This document shows, in pieces, positions 1-8,848 of a DNA stretch of 64,000 bases; the first letter of the stretch is position 1; each line of letters opens with the position of its first letter. Made by a program: the position numbers and the translations under genes. The notes below the pieces were generated by a model that had not been told where the DNA came from, did no database searches, and saw nothing but the letters and a program-made list of their open reading frames with translations. Source of the DNA: Geosiphon pyriformis uo1 (taxonomy: Eukaryota > Fungi > Glomeromycota); assembly GCA_016748015.1 (NCBI GenBank), contig JAAOMT010000258.1, forward strand, positions 498,173 through 562,172, read 5' to 3'.

Positions 1-1006
1 CAATATGGATGGCTGCTATTCATTGTTTTCCTTCTAATGTACTAAGCAGAGTATAGGCTCTTCGCTGAAGTGTTTCTTGGAAATTGTTTTTATCGATCAG
101 TTGTGCTGGGTATGTTTCCACTGTGAAACTAATTGGTAATGTTGCCATCCTTCCATAAGTTAAATCAAATGGTGTGTTTTTCGTAGTATCTTGTTTTAAT
201 GTCCTTTATGCTAGTAACACTGATGGAATAAAGAGATCCCATTCTTGCTTAAAATTGGTTGAGACTTTGGCTAATGACTCACACAATGTTCTGTTAAAAT
301 GTTTCACAAGTCCGTTTGTTTGTGGATGGTAGGGCGAAGACAGAAGTCTTTTGACATTGAATTGTTCACAAATTTCTTGTATCAGGTTGTTCACAAAGTG
401 TGTTTCCTGATCGGATAAAAGTTCAATTGGACATCCATGTTTACAAATGATGTCTTTGTAGATAAAATTTGCTACTGATTTTGCATCTGCTCATTGAATG
501 GCTCTGGCTTTGGGCCATTTAGTAAGATAGTCTACAGCTACTGCAATATAATGGTTTCCTTGAGTGGTAATAGATAGTGGTCCGACTAAATCAATACCAA
601 CTCTGTCAAAAGGCTGTCCAACTTTGATTGAATTTAAAGGTTCTGTAGGGCGAGTTCCTCTTCTTCTTTGACAACTATCACAAGATTCAACATATTCGTG
701 AATGTCTTTTCTCATTCGAGGCCAAAAGTAGTATTCTAGTGTTCTTTGGGTGATGTTATCTTTTCCGAAGTGTGCTGATAAAGAATCCGAGTGCATGTTG
801 TATAAAATGGTCTCTTTTTCTTGTTCTTGTATTAATCTGAGTGGTTTGGTTGGGTTTTTGAAATTTTGATGATAGATAATGTTGTTGTGTAGAAAATATT
901 GTTTGGCTTGTTGTTGTAACCAATGTTTTTTGTCTGGGGACCAATCTGTTGGGATTGTTAATGTCTCCAAATATTGTTTGAGATTGTTGTAGTTTTCGGG
1001 GTTTAT
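1..1006 (-). pseudogene. Gypsy integrase (copy A), stop-interrupted, runs off window
   Basis: ORFs 491..970 and 206..394: H-x6-H...CDSC zinc finger, DLVGP, HPQTNGLV. Confidence 0.9.
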
Positions 1007-1054
1007 TGTTTGTTGTTTTAATGCTGTTAATTCAATTGGGTGTTGGTTTTGTTT

Positions 1055-2430
1055 CTAATCTTGCCTCATCCTTGAGAGACAATCAACATTGGTGTGGAGT
1101 TTTCCTGGTTTGTGGTGTACAATGTATTGGTAATTAGCTAAAAATCCTGTCCATCGGGTTTGTTTTGTGTTCAGCTGGGTGTTTTTGTTTTAAAGCCATT
1201 TAAGTCCAATATTATCAGTGATAATATCAAATTTTTTGGGTCTGAGGTAAAGGTTGAAGTGATATAGGGCCCAGATTACTGCTGCAGTTTCTAATTCTGT
1301 TGCGGAGTAGTTCTTTTCGGCTGGCTTTAATGTTCTACTAGCATAAGCAATTACTCACTCATTTCTATTGTCATCTAACTGTGATAGGATGGCACCAAAG
1401 GCAGTATAAGAAGCATCAGTTGCTAATCGGAATTGGTTGCTGAAGTCTGGGTAGGCAAGGATTGGGGCTGTTGTGAGTTTTTTCTTGAGTATCTTGAAGG
1501 CATTTTGGTGTTTTTTTGTCTATTTGTATTCGACATTTTTCGTAGTGAGCTGGTTGAAGGGTTTTGCAATTTCTGAGAATCCTTTGATGAATTTTCAGTA
1601 ATAGGATGCTAATCCAATAAATCCTCTTAATTCTGTGGTATTTCGTGGAGTCTTGAAGTTTTTGACAGTACTGATTTTTCCAGGGTCTGGTTTAATTCTA
1701 TCTTTGCTAACAATGTGACCAAGAAAAGCTAAACTTGTTTTTCCGAAGTAGCATTTTCAATGTTCAATTTCAATTCTGCTTTCCATAATCATTGAAAAAC
1801 TTTTTGCAGGTGAATTAAATATAGCTCGAAAGATGGTGAATAAACATCAGTGTCATTAAGATAAACTACTACTGATTTCCAAAGGAGACCTTTGTAAACA
1901 ACATCCATAAGTCTTTGGAATGTTGCTGGTGCATTGCATAATCCGAAAGACATTACATTGAACTTGTAATTTCCTCCTTGAGTGGTAAATGCTGTTTTGG
2001 AGTGGTCTTTGGGATCCATAGCAACTTGTCAGTATCCACTCTCTAAATCTAATGTTGAAAAGTATTTGGACTTTCCAAGGGCATCTAACATGTCATCAAT
2101 TCGGGGAAGAGGGTAGGCATCCCCAATGGTGACACTGTTGAGTTGTCAGTAATCAACACAAAATCATATCTTTCCATTTTTCTTTTTAACTAGAACTACA
2201 GGTGAGGCCCATGGGCTCATTGATGGTTGAATAAGCCCATTGTTAAGCATCCATTGTACTTCTTCTTGGATAAATTGGTGACTTTCTGGAGCAACTTAGT
2301 AGGCTTGTTGTCACCTGGGTTTGGCATCTCCTGTATAGATTTGGTGTTAAACCAAATCAGTTCTTCTTAAGTCATTGTTGTTTTTGGCGAAGATATCAGC
2401 AAATTCTGCAATTAGTTCTTTGAGCTGGGT
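1055..2430 (-). pseudogene. Reverse transcriptase-RNase H (copy A)
   Basis: [41 protein letters not shown]; ends HTNVDCLSRMRQD-TAG; 1-nt frameshift near 1755. Confidence 0.9.
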
Positions 2431-2895
2431 TTGTTGTTGTAGTTCAAGTTGTTCCATGTTGATTCGAGATAGTTTTTCTATGACAATATGGTAGTTTTCA
2501 GAGCTAGGGTTTGGGTTGATTTTCAGTAGTGAATGTCCAATAATTTCAGGGAAATCGGAGACTGTTTAGGGTAATTCTTGTTGAAATATATTACTGTAAA
2601 TAACTCCAATTTCTAAATTATTTAATAAAATTATGGGGTAATTATTGGGATTGTAAAAAGTAACTCAGACTTTCTTTGTTCCTTCTGGAATATAAATGTT
2701 TGGGATCAAAATATTATGTTTCAAACAGACTTGTTCATTGGACTCAAAAATTTGTTGTGTGGTTGTTGGCTTTGTGCAAGTGTAAATTTCTGGATGTTCT
2801 CCAAAGGGTGAGATGGTAATCGGTTGTGGAAGTCTGAGAATCTGGTGGGATTCGTTCTGTGTGTTAAGAGCTATATTAACTGGAACTGTGAATTG

Positions 2896-3327
2896 TCCAG
2901 TTGAACCAAAATCTTGGGTTCCTCTATTGCTTTTTCCTAATTGTTTTCTTTGATTGACTAGTTGCAAACCTGAAATGTTGATTAAGGGTAGATAAATAGC
3001 TTGGGCAATTTTTTCAGCATGTTCGATCTTGAATGGTTTGTCAGTTTCATTTTGAAGCATCACTGTAATGTCTCCAGTATATTCAGCATTGATTATTCCT
3101 CCTCTGACATTGATTCCTTTGCTTGCCAGAGAAGACCAGGAGGTGATTTGAACCATTGCTCCTGGTGGGATTTCGAGTGCAATTTTGAGATTGATTTTTG
3201 TGAGAGATTTGGGTTTGAGAACAAGAGTATCCTTGCCTGGATATTTTAGGTCATATCCAGCATCAATTTCGTGTGCTTTTTCAGGTTTTATTCTTTGTCC
3301 ATTGTTGTTGAAGTATTTAAGTTGTAA
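2896..3327 (-). pseudogene. Trimeric dUTPase domain within pol (copy A)
   Basis: Five dUTPase motif regions: DAGYDL, (W)SSLASKG, GIINAEYTGDI, IAQAI, RGTQDFGSTG. Confidence 0.9.
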
Positions 3328-4299
3328 GGCAGGCTGATTTTTGATAAGGTAGATGGGTGTTGTTTCAATTTCTTCCGTTTCTTTAGGTTCTCCAAATTCA
3401 ATTTCATTCTCATCATTTTCGCTGGGCAAGGGGATACTAAGAGCATAGCATTTGGGACATTATTGTTCATCGCAAGGCATAATGCATTCTTCACATAGCC
3501 TAATGTTCATTTGCTCTAATCGTTGAATTTGAGCTTTTTGAGTTAGGTAGGTGTGACTTGCAATTTGGTGATAGACTTTTACTTCATCTTTGTAATCGAA
3601 TCCAGCTAATTCCATAGTGTATTCAATGTATTCTGCTTCCTTCATTTGACAAACATCTTCTTTGGTAGCTTCATTAATTAATGCCATTGCTAAGTCGAAA
3701 ATCATCTCAGCATCATGAGGGTAGTGATAAAGTTTGTTGAGAGCACGGTTGTATGCTGCATTAAAGGGTGTTCCTCTTTTTACTTTTTCTGAAATTGATA
3801 AAGCATATTGGCAGGTCTGATCACAGACACCTCCTTTTATTGCTACATCAATCCAATTGCATTCTTCTAGTAGCATATCTCCACAAGTCAAACAAGAGGT
3901 GTTGTCTCATTTTCCGCTTTTTTTTATTAGATGGCCCCATCGCTCTCTGTGGCAAGCCTTGCAGTAATAACAAGTATGATTTTCATATTTTTCTTCAGGT
4001 GAAATGCAGGCTCCCATTGATGATAGTTTTTTGTGACAGTCCTTATATTTAAGGAGAATATAGGGGCGTTGTTTTCTTGGTTCAGGTTTTGAGTAAGATA
4101 TATTCCATCCAGAGGTTTCGGGTTTAGTGTGTGGTGTAAAATGTTCTTGTTCTGTTTCATCAGCCCAGTTGGACATTGATCCAAGAGCCATGAATGTTTC
4201 AATTATTGGTTTTTCTTTTTCTGGTTCAAATTCAAAAGCCGGGGCTTTTTCAGAGCATTTGTTAAATGTACCACAAATGACAGGTACCCGGATGTGTTG

Positions 4300-4650
4300 T
4301 CCTTGGTAGGAGATTGTTAACTCTTGTGTTTCCCAGTTCAGATTAGCATTGGCTTTTTGAAGCCAATTATTTCCGACGAGAGCTTGGTACTGGAGTGTGT
4401 TCATTACAAGAACTTTGACTGGAATGGTGATTCCATCAAGAGTGAATGAAAAATTGTTAATTTCTCCTACTGGAGTCTTTTTCATGCCATCGGCAGTGAC
4501 GATTACTGTTTGAGCTGGTCGGTCGACATTTCTTTTCAACTGTTGCATTAACTGGTAGGTAATAATGCTTCCAACAGATCCACTGTCTAAGATCAAATGA
4601 ATTGGTTTTCTTTCTACTTCAGCTTCTGTGTACATTGCAGTGATGGCTTT
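4300..4650 (-). pseudogene. Retropepsin aspartic protease (copy A)
   Basis: LILDSGS catalytic motif and ALVGNNWL C-terminal motif in ORF 3907..4680. Confidence 0.9.
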
Positions 4651-4680
4651 TTGCTCATTAGCCACTGCATTGCTAAGCAA

Positions 4681-6674
4681 GAATGGTGATTCATTTGCTT
4701 CAAATTCAAAAGGAAAGATATCAGAGAGATTGGCATTATCAGCAATTCGGGCTGGTGGAATAATGGTGTGGTTATGAGAAGGGTTTCGTTGTGTTAGGCT
4801 GCAGCTCTACCTTCTGAAGGTGCAGTATGGTGAAAATCCTGTTCTTCCGGCATTGTTAAATAACTGGGTTGAGTGTGGTAGGGGTTGAATCTTGGTTGAG
4901 TGGTATTTCGGGGAACCAATTGGTTGTTCGGACTGATTCTATTGTTGTTTACTTGGTATCGGTTTTGTGGTGTGAATTGATTTTGTGTAATCAGTCTTCG
5001 AGCAGGTACTTGATAATGTTGTGTGGGTAGTTGTTGGTATTGCTGTTGGATTGGTTGTGGGGCGGGCTGATAATAGTTATTTTGGTATTGGGGTCTTGGT
5101 GGATAGTAAGCTGGTAGTAATGGTTGATAATAAGATTGCTGTGGTGGAGAGTAATGTTGATTACTCCTGTTTTGTTGGTCTTGTTGCAGCTTTCTGCAAT
5201 CTCTTTTCCAGTGGCCAGAGATTCCACAGTAATGGCAATTTTGGGGCTGGTTATTTGAAAGTGGTGCAAAGTTATTTTGATTTCGTCTTTAGGGTGGTTG
5301 ATATCTTTGGGATTGTTGTTGTTGTTGGTTGGTAAAATAGTTTTTGACCTTCTTTGTGAGTTGGTCAATTTTTTTCTCAGCTGCTGAGCTGGTTTCTCCA
5401 ATTGCCAAATTTACAAGTTTTGTACAGTTGGCTTCTTCTATGGCCATTTCGTATCTTTTCACGTGCTGTATTGCAGAGTTTAAATCTTCTGGCGCATGTG
5501 AGCGAACCTTTTTAATTAGTTTATCTTTTAGACCAGCGATAAATTGATCCAAGATTTGAGCATCGGAATAATAATTGTTTGTCTCGAGTTGGCAAATCCG
5601 TCTGAGAAGTTTGTTGAATTTCCCAATATAAGTCATAATGGATTCGGAGGGTTCTTGTTTGATATTTTGAAAATGATTGCGAAGAGTGATAGAGGTATTA
5701 TTGTCGGTGAACTGTTTAAGGAAGGCTGCTTTGAAAGCATTCCAATCATTGAATGGGGCAGCAAGGTTTTCAAACCATTCTTCTGCTGTTCCTTTGAGAA
5801 AGTAGGGAATTGTTCTTAACATTCTGGCAGCGTTCCATCCATTTGCATCTCCAGCTTTAGTAACTTGGTCAAGTCATTCTTGGGGACTGGTCTTAATATC
5901 TTCTTCATTGAATTCAGGGATTTTTGTGATGTATGTTGTCATTTCGTTTTCTTCGTTTTCACTGTCTATTGATTCTTTTTCAGTTATTTCAGAGTTGTTT
6001 TCTTCGTTTGCTGCTGTTTCAGAGTGTTCACTTTGATTTTCAGCTAGAAAATCAAGGAGATTGGAACTAGTTTGAAGGGGTTCTTGTTGTCTGGTGGGAC
6101 TTCTGAGTGATGTAAAATCTTCTGATCTTGCAAATCGATTCAAGGATGAATTAGGTGTTTGTGCTTGTACAAGTAAGGCTGGAAAAAGTGTGATAGTAAG
6201 TGGAAGTTTTGAGCTGGTTCCTTGTTCAGGTGTTTGTAAATGTTTAGCAGTTGTTTTCAGTAGTGTTGGAGTATTTGGGGTGGTTCTTGAATATTGCTTT
6301 AATTTGTTTTTGTCTTTGTTGCTTGTTTCTGTTTCCAATTCAAAATCAATAGTGTATTGAGACTGCACTGGATATGTTTCTTCACAGTATTTGATAATGT
6401 TATAATTAAGTTCGTAAAAGTAAGTGGCAAGTGTTTCACTATTAAGGTCTTCAGTTCCCAACTGTGAATAGTGTGCTAAATTATTGTAAAGGTTGCTTCT
6501 AACTTCTGAGATATTGTAATTTCCAAAAAGATAATTGTTGATGTGGTTTTCAATGTATTGGTATACTGATTTCTTGACAATTTCAATTCCGTCTGGAATG
6601 TTGAATCTTTGCTTGCAGTGGGTGTAAATTGATTGGTAATACTCTAGAGTTGTTGCGTCTGGTGTGGTCGTCAC
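4681..6674 (-). pseudogene. gag (N-terminal extension, capsid, CCHC knuckle, Q/N/P-rich linker), copy A
   Basis: LKGTAEEWF/FKAAFLKQF/IKQEPSE/QFIAGL capsid motifs; CHYCGISGHWKRDC knuckle near 5195-5236. Confidence 0.85.
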
Positions 6675-6701
6675 TTTGAATTTGTTTTTGCTGTGTTGTT
6701 T

Positions 6702-6717
6702 CCATGGAAGAGCACCA
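6702..6717 (-). promoter_or_regulatory. Primer binding site (copy A)
   Basis: TGGTGCTCT starts 2 nt inside the LTR, complementary to a tRNA 3' end ...AGAGCACCA; same motif in copy B; tRNA identity not determined. Confidence 0.8.
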
Positions 6718-7309
6718 AATGTTACCGGAGGTTTTTGGTCTTTTTTTTTAAATGTTGTTGATGCTTGTTTGCTGTAAATTCATGTTTTCTGGATGTGGTT
6801 GAACCTCCAGTAACTGAATTTATCTTCAAATTATCTCCTGTAATTTGAACTTGCTGGGCTTATGAGTGGAATGGCCAATTCCATGCCAGTTGCTTTATGT
6901 AGTTACGTTGTAGTAAATGTCAACTCTTTCCCAAGAATTGCTTGTCTGGAAGCTCACTAAAAATGTGTAGTTACTTTGCTGTGAAAGTCAACTCTTCTAC
7001 AGGAATCTCGTTTGTAGGCTACCCTAATGATTGTAATCAGAAAAGAAAGAAAATTAAAAAAAGTGTAAAAGAAATAGGATCTTATCAAGGGAACGTTTTC
7101 TATCCAGGCCTGGAGTTACTAACAGTTTACTGAAATTGGTAGCTAATCAATTTCGAAATATTAGTTGGGTTTTGGGGATTTTCCAAGTACAATAATTAAA
7201 GAATTTGGTTTTTCGAATTATTTGATATTTATTTTTTTTTGTGTGTATAGGAACAGTTTTAAGAGATAAATCTAAAGTAAGATACATTTTCTCAAAGAGA
7301 GAAGCTCTT

Positions 7310-7317
7310 CTTTTATA
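7310..7317 (-). promoter_or_regulatory. LTR TATA box
   Basis: TATAAAAG on the element strand ~50 bp downstream of the U3 repeat array; TATAAAA also present at the same position in the other three well-preserved LTRs. Confidence 0.6.
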
Positions 7318-7365
7318 CAACTTGTCATAACATTATTCTATAAACTTGAACTTTGCTATTTTCTA

Positions 7366-7443
7366 AAATTTCGCTGAACTAAAGATACATTTCGGTGAAC
7401 TATCAATTATTTCGGTGAATTTCTACAAATTTCGGTGAACTTT
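7366..7443. repeat. LTR-internal array, 4 x ATTTCG(G/C)TGAA(C/T)T at 20-21 bp period
   Basis: Read directly; 6 units at ~15163-15275 and ~47430-47545, 4 units at ~44299-44375. Confidence 0.85.
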
Positions 7444-7658
7444 TTGAATGTTACATAGTTCGGGATATTGCATGATTGATCATCGCAATTAGGTTACATT
7501 GGTGTTGTGTACAATTTGGGTTATTAATTAAATGATAATTTCGGACATTTTTGCTAATATAATAAGTGATCATTTAAAATGATAATATATGCTAATTAAT
7601 GATAGGAATTATAAGATAATTTCATGCTAAATAATATCTCTAATTTCATCTGGTAACA

Positions 7659-8801
7659 CCATTTATTTTCAAATTTTTTACTCTATTGTTTTTCAGCTTT
7701 AGTTTTGTGTAAGAGAACTTTGTTTCCGATTTTAAATTTATTGATGACTGGAGGCAATTTGTCATCATGCCATTCTTTTTGTCGAGCTTGGGAGTGTTCA
7801 ATATGGGTGGCTGCTATTCATTGTTTTCCTTCCAATGTGCTAAGCAGAGTGTAGACTCTTCACTGAAGCATTTCTTGGAAATTGTTTTCATCGATTAATT
7901 GTGCTGGGTATATTTCCACTGTGAAACTAATTGGTAATATTGCTGTCCTTCCGTAAGTTAGATCAAATGGTGTGTGTTTTGTGGTATCTTGTTTTAGTGT
8001 TCTGTATGCTAGCAACACTGATGGAATAAAGATATCTCACTCTTGCTCAAAATTGGTTGAGACTTTGGCTAATGACTCACACAATGTTCTGTTAAAACGT
8101 TTCACAAGTCCATTTGTTTGTGGATAATAGAGTGAAGACAGAGGTCTTTTGACATTGAATTGTTCGCAAATTTCTTGTATCAGGTTGTTCACAAAGTGTG
8201 TCTCCTGATCAGATAAAAGTTCAATTGGACATCTATGTCTACAAATGATGTCTTTGTAGATGAAATTTGCTACTGATTTCACATCTGCTCATTGAATGGC
8301 TCTGGCTTTGGGCCATTTAGTAAGATAGTCTATAGCTACTGCAATATAACGGTTTTCTTAAGTGGTGATAGATAGTGGTCTGACTAAATCGATACCAACT
8401 CGGTCAAAGGGTTGTCCAACTTTGATTGGATTTAATGGTTTAGTAGGGTGTGTTCCTTTTCTTCTTTAACAACTATCACAAGATTTGAAATATTCGTGAA
8501 TGTCTTTTCTCATTCAAGGCCAAAAGTAGTATTCTAGTGTTCTTTGGATGGTGCCATCTTTTCCGAAGTGTGTTGATGAAGGATCTGAGTGCATGTTGTA
8601 TAATATGGTCTCTTTTTCCTGTTCTTGTATTAATTTGAGTGGTTTGTTTGGGTTTTTGAAATTTCGATAAATAATGTTGTTGTGTAGAAAATATTGTTTG
8701 GCTTGTTGTTGTAGTCAATGTTTTTCATCTGGAGACCAATCTGTTGGGATTGTTAATGTTTCCAAATATTGTTTGAGATTGTTGTAGTTTTCTAAATTCA
8801 T
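7659..8801 (-). pseudogene. Gypsy integrase (copy B), own ATG at 8801 (MNLENYNNLKQYL)
   Basis: Homologous to copy A IN; LLSDQ and PQTNGLV motifs in ORF 8037..8282. Confidence 0.85.
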
Positions 8802-8848
8802 TGTTTGTTGGCTCTTTTGGTTGGTTTGAGTGTTGGTTTTTGTGTTTT

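Larger units (their letters stand above)
1..7658 (-). mobile_element. Ty3/Gypsy LTR retrotransposon copy A (5' LTR + gag-PR-Cys-rich insert-dUTPase-RT-RH, IN); 3' end beyond window start; decayed
   Basis: Domain order PR-RT-RH-IN; protease ILDSGS; RT motifs KTAF..FGLCNAPATFQRLMD and YLND(T); RH LATDAS; IN HHCC plus GIDLVGP/SDQ/PQTNGLV; CCHC knuckle; LTR plus PBS; many in-frame stops. Confidence 0.95.
6720..7658 (-). repeat. 5' LTR of copy A (~940 bp)
   Basis: Terminal inverted repeats TGTTACC(G/A)GA...TCTGGTAACA; homologous to 14511-15489, 43651-44583, 47214-48171. Confidence 0.95.

Noticed and set aside
491-493. Shared in-frame TGA codons as programmed recoding or an alternative genetic code
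   Set aside because: They fit CGA/TGG transition hotspots; stops of all three types are scattered, and host genes use the standard code.
4991-5401. Alternative-frame and antisense ORFs over gag repeated in both copies (also 12781-13191)
   Set aside because: Explained by low-complexity Q/N/P codons and copy homology; no independent motifs.
6720-6885. Small LTR-encoded ORF (MELAIPLISP...KNLR-TAA) that could read through into gag
   Set aside because: Each LTR copy has different indels, stops or a lost ATG here, unlike the indel-poor coding regions, so there is no sign of coding constraint.
7366-7443. CRISPR-like look of the repeat-spacer array
   Set aside because: Repeats ~13 bp and spacers 7-8 bp are far too short; spacers recur in the same order among LTR copies; eukaryotic context with no cas genes.
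6720-7658. Shared LTR of a head-to-tail tandem element
   Set aside because: No PPT is present and the LTR interrupts the integrase mid-motif, so this is a nested insertion.
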